IMG/VR virus record: IMGVR_UViG_3300049139_000178
Span: 1 to 64,000 of that record
Source of the DNA: a virus
DNA length: 64,000 nucleotides
Reading direction: 5' to 3' (one strand)
The notes beneath the pieces are model-generated. The model was not told where the DNA came from, did no database searches, and saw nothing but the letters and a program-made list of their open reading frames with translations. Position 1 is the first letter of the stretch. Each line of letters starts with the position of its first letter. The position numbers and the translations under genes were made by a program. Of the stretch, positions 44,218 to 54,163 are shown in pieces.

Positions 44218-45104
44218 TCTCGATACGCCTGCGCTCGCGCATCGGCAAACAGGAGCTGGACGAGAAGGTCGGCAAGGTCATCGGCGACGACGCGTACAAC
44301 GTGCTGCTGACGGGTCCGAGCAGGGTGTTCATGCCCAACGGGCAGCCGCTGTGCGTCTACCTGCCCGGAGCGATGCGCGACGTCGTCACCGACGAGCAGT
44401 ACGAGACCTTGCACTCGCTGCACAGCACCAAGACCGGTAACAGGGGCCTGGCCGGGGGAGCCCCGACGTGGACCACAGGCAAGCAGTGGCGAGCGTTCCC
44501 GGTGTCGTCCGCCGTACTGGGCTCCCTGGACCCCAAGCTGCCGAGAAATCCCGCCTGTCGCCTGACGGCCTGGACTGGCAAAAACCTCCCCCGGTGGGAG
44601 GTGCTGCACCCGGCGCTTCAGGCCGTCGCGGACAACATGCGGCAGCACGTCCCCGACAGGTATGCGGCGCAGATGGAAGAGATCGACCAGACGCATCCGG
44701 ATTGGGTGGTACCCGGCACCCCGTTCACGACGATCACGGTCAACAACACGTACCCGACCGGTGTGCACACCGATAAGGGTGACCTGGACAAGGGCTTCAG
44801 CACGATCTTCTGCGTGCGTCGGGGCGAGTACACCGGCGGCCGGTTCGTCTTCCCGGAGTTCCGCGTCGCCGTCGACCTCCAGGACGGCGACCTGATCCTG
44901 ATGGACGCCCACCAGTGGCACGGCAATACGGCCCTGGTCTGCGCGTGCGGGGAGAAGCGGACGGCCTACTGCGAGGAGTGCGGCGCCGAGCGGATCTCAG
45001 TCGTCTCGTACATGCGCACTGCGATGACCAAGTGCGGTAGCGAGGCTGAGGAGATCGACCGGGCGCGGGAGTACCGCGAGCGCACCAAGGGCGTCGTCCG
45101 TTAA
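44214..45104 (+). CDS. TET/JBP-family 2OG-Fe(II) dioxygenase
   Basis: FTTITVN, HTD (HxD), WHGNT, RISVVSYMR; CACG...CEEC zinc insert. Confidence 0.85.
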   Translation: MISIRLRSRIGKQELDEKVGKVIGDDAYNVLLTGPSRVFMPNGQPLCVYLPGAMRDVVTDEQYETLHSLHSTKTGNRGLAGGAPTWTTGKQWRAFPVSSAVLGSLDPKLPRNPACRLTAWTGKNLPRWEVLHPALQAVADNMRQHVPDRYAAQMEEIDQTHPDWVVPGTPFTTITVNNTYPTGVHTDKGDLDKGFSTIFCVRRGEYTGGRFVFPEFRVAVDLQDGDLILMDAHQWHGNTALVCACGEKRTAYCEECGAERISVVSYMRTAMTKCGSEAEEIDRAREYRERTKGVVR

Positions 45105-45126
45105 CTGTTAGGGAGGCTAAGGAGCT

Positions 45127-45759
45127 ATGGCGAAGGGTGATCCGCCCAACCAACAGCCCAGCCACCGGGCGATGGTGGCGCAGCGGCGCGCACGGGCCAT
45201 CGAGCTGAAGAACCGGGGCTTGTCCTGGCAGCAAGTGGCCGAGCAGATGGTTCCGGCCTATCTGGACGGCGACGGCAACCCGTCGGCTGCCGCCGCGTGC
45301 GTGGACGTCTCCCGCGCGCTGAAGCAGGCCAACAAGGAACTTTCGATGGGGCTGGAGGAGTACCGCGAGGCGGCGCGCATGCGGCTGGACGGGCTGCGCC
45401 GGCAGGTGTTCGCAGTCCTCGCCCGGCCGCACTACGTACTGCACGCGGGGCAAATCGTCCGCGACGACGAAGGCAATCCTCTGCGGGACGACAGCGTGGT
45501 GCTCGCGTGCGTCGACCGGCTGCAACGCATCGAAGAGCGCCAGGCGAAGATCGACGGCACGGACGCGTCGGAGAAGTTGACCATCGCCTTGGACCGCAGG
45601 GTCGACGAGGAAACGACGGTGGTGGTAGAAGCGATCCTGGCCGGCGCCAACGCGGTCGAGTTGGAGCCCGCGCAGCGACAGCGGATGCTGGAGGCCGCTG
45701 GTGCGCACCTGCGTGTCCTGGAGGGCGAGGTCGTCGGCGAGGCGGAGGAGCCGGAGTGA
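45127..45759 (+). CDS. putative terminase small subunit (HTH)
   Basis: N-terminal HTH (AIEL...GLSWQQVAEQM), RLD, ERQAKIDG-x-D. Confidence 0.55.
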   Translation: MAKGDPPNQQPSHRAMVAQRRARAIELKNRGLSWQQVAEQMVPAYLDGDGNPSAAAACVDVSRALKQANKELSMGLEEYREAARMRLDGLRRQVFAVLARPHYVLHAGQIVRDDEGNPLRDDSVVLACVDRLQRIEERQAKIDGTDASEKLTIALDRRVDEETTVVVEAILAGANAVELEPAQRQRMLEAAGAHLRVLEGEVVGEAEEPE

Positions 45760-45938
45760 ACAGCGGAGAGCAAACGAGCCCCCATCCGTTCGCGCGGGCG
45801 CGCTGGCGGTGGTGGCTCTGCGTTCACTGCTACGCCCCGAGAAGTCTGCACCCCCGGCGCGGCTGGGTCCGGGCGCGTCCGCTCGGGGACCGCAGGTATC
45901 TGTCGGCCGACGCCCCGCACTTCCGCGAAGGCTGGTAG
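45756..45938 (+). CDS. small hypothetical protein
   Basis: GTGA overlap; H...CVHC...HP. Confidence 0.45.
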   Translation: MNSGEQTSPHPFARARWRWWLCVHCYAPRSLHPRRGWVRARPLGDRRYLSADAPHFREGW

Positions 45939-45994
45939 GCGCTCCGGGAGTTCGGTGGCATCATCCGGACCCACCCACGACACAGGAGGCAGAC

Positions 45995-46249
45995 GTGCCC
46001 CTCCCCACTGACGGCTTCACCACCGCCAGCGTCACCTACTCCCTCGCCACCAGCGACAACCTGCCGGTGAACATCACCGTGCGGACGGACAACGCAGGGC
46101 GGCGCGAGGCGTTCGAGCTGTTCCAGCCGTACCTGGAGGCGGCCCTGAACCAGCTCCGCAACGACTACGCCAACGGCACTGAGCAGGAGGTGCTCTACAT
46201 CGAGCGTGCCTACGGCGCGGCCATGCAGGAACAACTGACGAGCGAGTAG
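45995..46249 (+). CDS. hypothetical protein
   Basis: CAGGAGG RBS before GTG. Confidence 0.6.
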   Translation: MPLPTDGFTTASVTYSLATSDNLPVNITVRTDNAGRREAFELFQPYLEAALNQLRNDYANGTEQEVLYIERAYGAAMQEQLTSE

Positions 46250-46415
46250 CCGGCCGGCCACCTGGGTACGACACCTGGGACGGCGGCCCGTACACACCGC
46301 CTCAGCTCTGGAACCGCCCGGCGCCGCACCGGGCGGTTCCTGCGTTTCCCAGGTTGTTCGGCGATTCTCCGGTCCCTGGCTACCATCCGGCCACGACCAG
46401 TGACCAAGGAGACGA

Positions 46416-47507
46416 GTGGCCATGCGTGTTCTGCTCACCGGTGCGGCGGGGTTCGTCGGCAGCCACGTCCTGCGCCATCTGCTGACGCATACGGACTGGG
46501 ACGTCGTCTGCCCGGTCAGCTTCCACCACAAGGGCCTGCCGGCGCGCATCGCCTCAGCCGTCTGCGACACCGACTGGTCCCACCGAGTGGACGTCGTGCA
46601 CTGGGATATGCGGTCCCCGGCCGACCCGCTGACGCTGCACCAGCTCGACGGCTGCGACGTCATCATGAACGTCGCCAGCGAGTCGCACGTCGACCGCTCT
46701 ATCACTCACCCCGTCGACTTCGTGCAGAACAACGTCGCGTTGATGCTGAACGTCCTGGAGGTCGCGCGGGCCATCGAGCCCCGACTGCTCCTCCAGATGT
46801 CCACCGACGAAGTCTACGGCCCGGCCTACGGCGACCACCGGCACCGCGAGTGGGAACCGGCCGTGCCGTCGAATCCGTACTCGGCGAGCAAGGCGGCGCA
46901 GGAGTCCATCGCCATCAGCTACTGGCGGACCTACGGCGTGCCGCTCGTCATCACCAACACCATGAACATCATCGGGGAGATGCAGGACGGCGAGAAGTTT
47001 CTGCCAAGAATCATCAAGAGTCTGCGCGCGGGTCGGCCCGTGCCAGTGCACACCGCACCCGACGGCACCCCCGGCTCCCGCTTCTACCTGCACGCGCGCA
47101 ACCTCGCCGACGCCTGGCTGTTCCTGACGCGGCGGTATACCGACGAGGGCGACATCGAGGTGACCACGCTGGGTGGTGAGGTCATCCGCATCCCCACGGG
47201 CCCCGCGCAGTACAGCCACGGCGGAACCCGGCGGCCCGACAGGTTCAACATCGTCGGCGAGCGCGAGGTGAACAACGCCGAGCTGGTCGGAATGGTTGGG
47301 CAGCTCATGGGGCTGGGGCCGTGCGAGGTGGACCAGTTGATCCAGCCGGTGTCCTTCCACGCCTCACGGCCGGGTCACGACCTGCGATACGCCCTGGACG
47401 GGTCCAAGATGGCTCGCCTCGGCTGGGAGCCCCCGGTGCCGCTGGAGAAGTCCATCGAAACCACCGTGCGCTGGTCGCTCGACAACCCGGCCTGGCTGGA
47501 GCTGTAG
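46416..47507 (+). CDS. dTDP-glucose 4,6-dehydratase-like (RmlB family)
   Basis: TGAAGFVG, ASESHVDRSI, STDEVYG, YSASK, EKFLP, RPGHDLRYA. Confidence 0.92.
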   Translation: MAMRVLLTGAAGFVGSHVLRHLLTHTDWDVVCPVSFHHKGLPARIASAVCDTDWSHRVDVVHWDMRSPADPLTLHQLDGCDVIMNVASESHVDRSITHPVDFVQNNVALMLNVLEVARAIEPRLLLQMSTDEVYGPAYGDHRHREWEPAVPSNPYSASKAAQESIAISYWRTYGVPLVITNTMNIIGEMQDGEKFLPRIIKSLRAGRPVPVHTAPDGTPGSRFYLHARNLADAWLFLTRRYTDEGDIEVTTLGGEVIRIPTGPAQYSHGGTRRPDRFNIVGEREVNNAELVGMVGQLMGLGPCEVDQLIQPVSFHASRPGHDLRYALDGSKMARLGWEPPVPLEKSIETTVRWSLDNPAWLEL

Positions 47508-47515
47508 GGCGCCGG

Positions 47516-47555
47516 ATGGTTTAACAAAACCATCATCCGGGGATTTAACTAAATG
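47516..47555. promoter_or_regulatory. tandem pair of degenerate palindromic boxes upstream of the LuxR-type gene
   Basis: ATGGTTTAACAAAACCAT and GGATTTAACTAAATGA. Confidence 0.6.
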
Positions 47556-47668
47556 AAAGAGTCCTGGCAGACCCGGTGATCTGACCCGGATCGTCGCCAG
47601 TCGACAAGGGCCCCGGGTCAGTGGACGTGACCCGGGGCCCACCCCAATCTACGGAGGGAGCGACCCAC

Positions 47669-48490
47669 ATGGATACCGAGCCGCAGCCCGTCGTCCTGAC
47701 CGAACGGCAGCGCCGAGTGCTGTGGCTGCTGTCCACGGGTCGCACCCGAGCGGAGATAGTCCCGCTCATCCCTGGCGAGACGGACGGAGGGGTCCGGGGA
47801 GCGTGTGCCCGCATCTACGCCCTGCTCGACGCTGCCACGGCCGCGCAGGCCGTCCGCAACGGGCTGCTGGGCGGGCACATCGGACCATACGAAGATTGCG
47901 GCACCCTGGCCGCGTACCGCCGGCACATCAAGCGTGAGGAGCCGATCTGCCAGGCCTGCAAGCGCGGCAACCGTGAGCGGGCGGAGACCGAGGCGGCCCT
48001 GCGCAACCGCCGCGTGAAGCTGAACGAGGCGCAGGTCCGGTTGCTGCGGGCGTTCGACGCCGGGCGCACCATGGCCCAGATATGCACCGCCTGGGGCGTC
48101 CATCACCGGGTCGTGAAGAACCTCGCTACATCCGCCTACGCGGCCCTCGGGGTCGCGCACCTTCCGCAGGTCGTCCGGCGTGAGGCAGCGCTGCGCGAGG
48201 CCTGTATGCGCGGCCTGCTCGGGGTGCGACTGCCGGACCAGCCGATGCCGACAGACCGTCAGGTCCGTCTGTCCGACACGCACGTGAAGATCCTGCTGGA
48301 GCTGGAGACGGGGGCCAGTTTCTCCGTCGCCGCCGAACGGCTGAGCATGCACCCCGGAACGTTCTCCTCCCGGGTGTCCGAGGCGTACAAGCGCCTCGGC
48401 GTGGACTGGGTGGACAAGCCACAGCGCAAGGACGCAGCCTTGCGCAAGGCACGCGCGTTGGGTCTGCTGCCCGAACCCGCGTCGACCTGA
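47669..48490 (+). CDS. transcription regulator with three LuxR-type HTH repeats and a central Cys/His knuckle
   Basis: LTERQRRVL, LNEAQVRLL, LSDTHVKIL, each followed by an HTH and Y-x2-L; C...H...CQAC. Confidence 0.8.
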   Translation: MDTEPQPVVLTERQRRVLWLLSTGRTRAEIVPLIPGETDGGVRGACARIYALLDAATAAQAVRNGLLGGHIGPYEDCGTLAAYRRHIKREEPICQACKRGNRERAETEAALRNRRVKLNEAQVRLLRAFDAGRTMAQICTAWGVHHRVVKNLATSAYAALGVAHLPQVVRREAALREACMRGLLGVRLPDQPMPTDRQVRLSDTHVKILLELETGASFSVAAERLSMHPGTFSSRVSEAYKRLGVDWVDKPQRKDAALRKARALGLLPEPAST

Positions 48491-49815
<1,325 letters not shown>

Positions 49816-49937
49816 CCCACCGCACCGGCCCGTGCCGGCCGGTAATCGGCACGGGCTCCGTCGTGTTCGGAGGTTGTTCGGCCACCGAATCTCTGGTTTA
49901 GTTAAATCCATAGGATCACGGAATGAAGGAACAAGCC

Positions 49938-50192
49938 ATGGACAGCATGACGGGCTACATCGACACCTTGTGCGGCCACATCGTGGATCTTCACGATAGG
50001 TATGAGTTGTCGCCTGCGTTCCACTCACGTACTGGGACGGACCTTCAGATCCGGTTGCAGTTCCTCGGGGAACTTACCGGGCTGCGTCGTGCCCTTGCCA
50101 TCGCGCTGGGGGAAGACCCGGAGCAGGAGTGCGACATCGAGGGCGCGGCGGACACGTACGTCCGCGAGTGGCGTGAGAAGCACAAGCGCTGA
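49938..50192 (+). CDS. hypothetical protein
   Basis: own box at about 49872-49910; hairpin downstream. Confidence 0.65.
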   Translation: MDSMTGYIDTLCGHIVDLHDRYELSPAFHSRTGTDLQIRLQFLGELTGLRRALAIALGEDPEQECDIEGAADTYVREWREKHKR

Positions 50193-50247
50193 TACCGGAC
50201 CCTCACCCACTAGAACCCCGGCGCCCTTCCGGTCCGGGGCTCCGCCG

Positions 50248-51654
50248 ATGCTCCGGAAAGCAACGGCCGCAGCTCCACCGACAATGACCCCCATGGTGGA
50301 CCGGAAGCTGAGCCGCGCGGCGGCCGAACGGCTGCTGATGCACGCGCGCACGCTGACCGAGCCGCGCTGGACTCCGCTGCCCCACCAGGTCCCGCCCGAG
50401 GGCGACTGGTACGGCTGGTTGCTGCTCGCGGGCCGTGGCGCCGGCAAGACAGACGCCTGCGCGCGGTACGTCCACGAGCACGTCATGGGCCCGCCGTGCC
50501 TACCGGGTCCCACCCCGCACTGGATCGGCATCATCGCGCCCACCCTCGGCGACGCGGCCACGTCCTGCTACGCCGGTCCGTCCGGACTCCGGGTGCACAG
50601 CCCCGAGGCTCGGATGATGACCGTCCAGGGCGGCACGGTCATCCGCTGGCCCAACGGCTCCGAGGCGAAGCTGTTCGGCGCCGACAGCCCCGGCAGCGTC
50701 GAGCGCCTGCGGTCCGGCGGTAACCGCTGCCTCTCGTGGTTGGAAGAGCTGGCGGCCTGGCGCTACCTGGACGACACCTGGGACCAAATGCGCTTCGGCC
50801 TGCGCACTGGTCCCCGGCCGCACTGGGTGGCGTCCACCACGCCGAAGCCCCGGGCGCTGATCAAGAAACTCGCGTCCGGCGGAGTCGAGAACGTGGTGCG
50901 CACCCGGGCGTCCATGTACGACAACCCCCACCTGCCCGAGGACATCAAGGCCGCGCTGGAGGACGCATACGGCAGTACGCAGATCGGCCGCCAGGAGCTG
51001 CACGCCGAGATCATCGACCAGGACGAGAACGCGCTGTGGACTCGCGACACGATCGACGCCCACCGACTGCGCCCGGCGGACCTCCCGGACCTCGCGCGGA
51101 TCTCCGTCGGCGTAGACCCCTCCGGCGGCCGGGGCGAGCAGGGCATCGTCGTCGTGGGCAAGGCTATGCAGGAGCACGTCCGAACCGACGGCCGCCCGGC
51201 GCAGCTCGCCCACGGCTACGTCCTCGCCGACCGGACGTGCCACCTTTCCCCGGACGGCTGGGGCCGGCGTGCGGTTCAGGCGGCCGTCGACTACGACGCG
51301 GACGATATCTGCTGTGAAGTGAATTTTGGCGGGGACATGGCCGTCAACACGATCCGGGCGGCGGCCGACGCGATGGGCGTGCGCATCCCGATCCGCACCG
51401 TGCGCGCCACGCGGGGGAAGAAGGTGCGCGCGGAGCCGGTGTCGGCCCTGTCCGAGCAGGGCCGCTGGCACATGGTGGGGGAGTTCCCCGAGCTGGAGGA
51501 CCAGATGTGCACCTGGTACGACGAGCTGGACTGGAGCCCCGACCGGCTGGACGCGATGGTGTGGCCGGCCTGGCACCAGCGGATCGTGAAACCGACAATG
51601 ACCGGCACGACGTCGTCCAAGGGCCTGGCCACCGCTGCGCGGACCATCGGATGA
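50248..51654 (+). CDS. terL: terminase large subunit
   Basis: PLPHQ, AGRGAGKT, WLEE, STTPK, DNPHL, VGVDPS, EVNFGG, SPDRLDA; start uncertain. Confidence 0.92.
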   Translation: MLRKATAAAPPTMTPMVDRKLSRAAAERLLMHARTLTEPRWTPLPHQVPPEGDWYGWLLLAGRGAGKTDACARYVHEHVMGPPCLPGPTPHWIGIIAPTLGDAATSCYAGPSGLRVHSPEARMMTVQGGTVIRWPNGSEAKLFGADSPGSVERLRSGGNRCLSWLEELAAWRYLDDTWDQMRFGLRTGPRPHWVASTTPKPRALIKKLASGGVENVVRTRASMYDNPHLPEDIKAALEDAYGSTQIGRQELHAEIIDQDENALWTRDTIDAHRLRPADLPDLARISVGVDPSGGRGEQGIVVVGKAMQEHVRTDGRPAQLAHGYVLADRTCHLSPDGWGRRAVQAAVDYDADDICCEVNFGGDMAVNTIRAAADAMGVRIPIRTVRATRGKKVRAEPVSALSEQGRWHMVGEFPELEDQMCTWYDELDWSPDRLDAMVWPAWHQRIVKPTMTGTTSSKGLATAARTIG

Positions 51655-51783
51655 CGTGCGGAGTTGGTGATTTGGGCAGACGGTTGAAGAATCGCCGCCC
51701 CGGACGGGTGACGTGGGGTTGTCCGGCGTACGGGAGCATGGTTTAGTAAATTCATCGGTGACCACGGAACAGAGGAGCAGACC

Positions 51784-52713
51784 ATGGAACTTGACCCCAA
51801 CCTCCGCGAGATGGCGGACGACCTCAAAAACAGGCTTGCCTGGACCCCGGGCCTCGGATGGCTGTACTGGGACGGCAAAACCTGGGTGACGCAGTTCGGC
51901 GCGGACGAGGCGGCCGACCGGGTGAACCAGTGGCGGGAAGAGCACGGGCACCGCCGACTCTCTGACAGGCACGTCCGTACGATCCTCCGTCAGCTCCAGG
52001 TTGTTCTGGAGATCGACGCGCAGACCCTGGACTCACACCCCGGCCTGCTCAACGTGCAGAACGGCGTGGTGGACCTCTTCACCGGAACGCTGCACCCGCA
52101 CGACCCCGCCTTGCTGCTGACCAAGGTAGCGGCTGTCGATTACGACCCCGACGCTCAGAGCCCGGCCTGGGACCAGGTACTCGCGGCCCTGCCGCCCGGA
52201 GTGCCTTTCCGGCTCGGATCGTTCGTCGCGGGAGCCGTAACCGGAGAACCTGCCGATTCGGCCGCCGTCCTGCACGGCCCGGGGTCGTCCGGGAAGTCGA
52301 CGTTCCTTCGGCCGCTATGCGATGCCCTCGGGAACCACGCGCTGTACTCGGTCAATTGGCCCCTGGCCGGGGACCTGCGCGGTGTCCGTCTCGTCGTGGC
52401 TGAGGAGATCGGGCGCATCAACACCGGTCAGTTGAAGCTCCTGCTCACAGAGAGCATGATCGTCACGCGGCACCCCCACCGGGACCCTTACACGTTCAAG
52501 CCGTCACACAGCCTGGCCCTGGTGACAGGACCGCACGACGATCGGGGGCTGGACGAAGGTACCCGGCGGCGCCTGAACCCCATCGAGTTCGAGGAGCTGA
52601 CCGACCCGGACCCGAGCCTGCGACCCCGCCTGAAGGAGACCGAAGCCCTGCGCGCTGCTCTCGCGTGGGCTGTGGGTCAAGTTACACCGTTGCCGGGAGC
52701 AGTGGGCCGCTGA
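51784..52713 (+). CDS. second, compact D5-N/SF3 helicase (P4 primase C-terminal-like)
   Basis: GLGWLYWDG, LNVQNGVVDL-x-TG-x-L-x-PHDP, GPGSSGKST, RRL; paralogue of the 33243 fusion core. Confidence 0.8.
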   Translation: MELDPNLREMADDLKNRLAWTPGLGWLYWDGKTWVTQFGADEAADRVNQWREEHGHRRLSDRHVRTILRQLQVVLEIDAQTLDSHPGLLNVQNGVVDLFTGTLHPHDPALLLTKVAAVDYDPDAQSPAWDQVLAALPPGVPFRLGSFVAGAVTGEPADSAAVLHGPGSSGKSTFLRPLCDALGNHALYSVNWPLAGDLRGVRLVVAEEIGRINTGQLKLLLTESMIVTRHPHRDPYTFKPSHSLALVTGPHDDRGLDEGTRRRLNPIEFEELTDPDPSLRPRLKETEALRAALAWAVGQVTPLPGAVGR

Positions 52714-52819
52714 ACGCAGCCGTTGACCACCCACCCTGAAGCGCGAAAGGAGGATCCACTATGTGCCCCACGTGCCACGGACGAGATGGCCAGCACCACG
52801 TCCAGTGCCCCCAGTTCTG

Positions 52820-52869
52820 ACCACGACGAAGCCCCGGCGCCCTCGCGGCCCGGGGCTTCGTCGTGCCCC
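52820..52869. terminator. perfect hairpin terminator (inverted copy of the 41-bp repeat)
   Basis: CACGACGAAGCCCCGG...CCGGGGCTTCGTCGTG. Confidence 0.8.
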
Positions 52870-52928
52870 GAGATGGTGAATCGGCGGATCTGCCCTACCC
52901 TGCCCGGGTCTCTTCCTCGGGAGGAATC

Positions 52929-53294
52929 ATGGGCAAGGTGTACGGGCGGGAACCGGCCGTGTGGCTGGCGGCCGTCGGAGCGGTGTGGCAGATCCTCAGC
53001 GCGTTCGGCCTCGGGTTCGACCCGCAGCTCCAGTCCATCATCACCGCCATCGTCGCGGCCGTGCTCGGCATCATCGTCGCCGTGCAGGTAGGTGACGGCA
53101 TCATCGCGGCCCTGAACGGCCTCGTGGTCGCGGGCGTCTCCCTCACCGCGTACTTCGGGTTCGACTGGGACGCCGAGACGCAGGCCAAGGTCGTCGGCGC
53201 CGTCATGCTGATCGTCGCGTGGCTGTTCACCCGGCCGAACGTCACCGCGCCGCAGCCCGCCACCGTTTCCCCTCCAGGCAAGCTCGTCGCTTGA
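52929..53294 (+). CDS. holin-like four-TM membrane protein
   Basis: GREPA start and four hydrophobic segments. Confidence 0.6.
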   Translation: MGKVYGREPAVWLAAVGAVWQILSAFGLGFDPQLQSIITAIVAAVLGIIVAVQVGDGIIAALNGLVVAGVSLTAYFGFDWDAETQAKVVGAVMLIVAWLFTRPNVTAPQPATVSPPGKLVA

Positions 53295-53404
53295 CGCAAC
53301 TAGGTCACCAGGCGCAACGTCTCTCCTACGGCGGGGCGCTCGGCCTGGTGACCACCTCCAACACGTCGCCCGACAGGGCGTCCCGTCCACATGACCATGG
53401 AGCC

Positions 53405-53842
53405 GTGACCGTGCCCGTCTGGCTGCTCATCGCCTGCATGATCCTCGCGAACTACCGTGCCGCGCGCCTCGCCGTGCGGGATACGTTCCCGCCTGTGCTG
53501 TGGCTGCGTGACCGTCTCGCCGGCGGGTGGCGCCCATTGACGGAACCAGAGCAGGAACGGCACGCGGCCCCTCAGCCGTCTAATGAAGAGCCGTTCGTGC
53601 GTCATCCGGCCCTCGGCACGCTGACGCTCATCGACGGCCGGGTGAACCGCTACGTGCGCCGCAAGAGCTGGTCGCCGTACTGGCTGGCGGAGCTGCTCAC
53701 TTGCCCGTGGTGCGTGTCCGGGTGGCTGTCCGCCGCGCTCACCGCAGCCGTCGCCTTCACTGTCGGCGTCCCGGCGCCGGTGCTCGTGTGGGGCGCGGTA
53801 TGGGGTGCCTCCGCCTTGCTCGCCTCGCGCGAGTGGGCCTGA
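53405..53842 (+). CDS. DUF1360-like membrane protein
   Basis: YR-x2-RL-x3-DT, ELLTCPWC-x-S-x-W. Confidence 0.75.
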   Translation: MTVPVWLLIACMILANYRAARLAVRDTFPPVLWLRDRLAGGWRPLTEPEQERHAAPQPSNEEPFVRHPALGTLTLIDGRVNRYVRRKSWSPYWLAELLTCPWCVSGWLSAALTAAVAFTVGVPAPVLVWGAVWGASALLASREWA

Positions 53843-53887
53843 CCTGAATCACCCCGAACCGTCGACCGCAGCCGATAGCCTGCGGTC

Positions 53888-54154
53888 GTGAACGTTACGA
53901 GGAATTCTGACGGCAGCCATGAGCCCCCGTACGACGAGAGCTGGCCGCCCCGCATGCAGCTCGAATGGTCCGCCGGCGTAGTCGCATCCAAGACGGGACT
54001 ACGCATCCACATCAGCGAGCTGGGCGAGGACCAGTACGCGGTCCGGGTCGGCAGCAGCGGACTGAGCCCCATGAACCTTGCCAACGCGTACGCCTTCCTG
54101 GACGGAGTCTCGGTCGGAGCGCGGGAGACCTCGGTTGTCAGTGCCTCGCGGTAA
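53888..54154 (+). CDS. hypothetical protein
   Basis: fills the gap between neighbours; protein-like composition. Confidence 0.55.
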   Translation: MNVTRNSDGSHEPPYDESWPPRMQLEWSAGVVASKTGLRIHISELGEDQYAVRVGSSGLSPMNLANAYAFLDGVSVGARETSVVSASR

Positions 54155-54163
54155 CTTCCCGAC

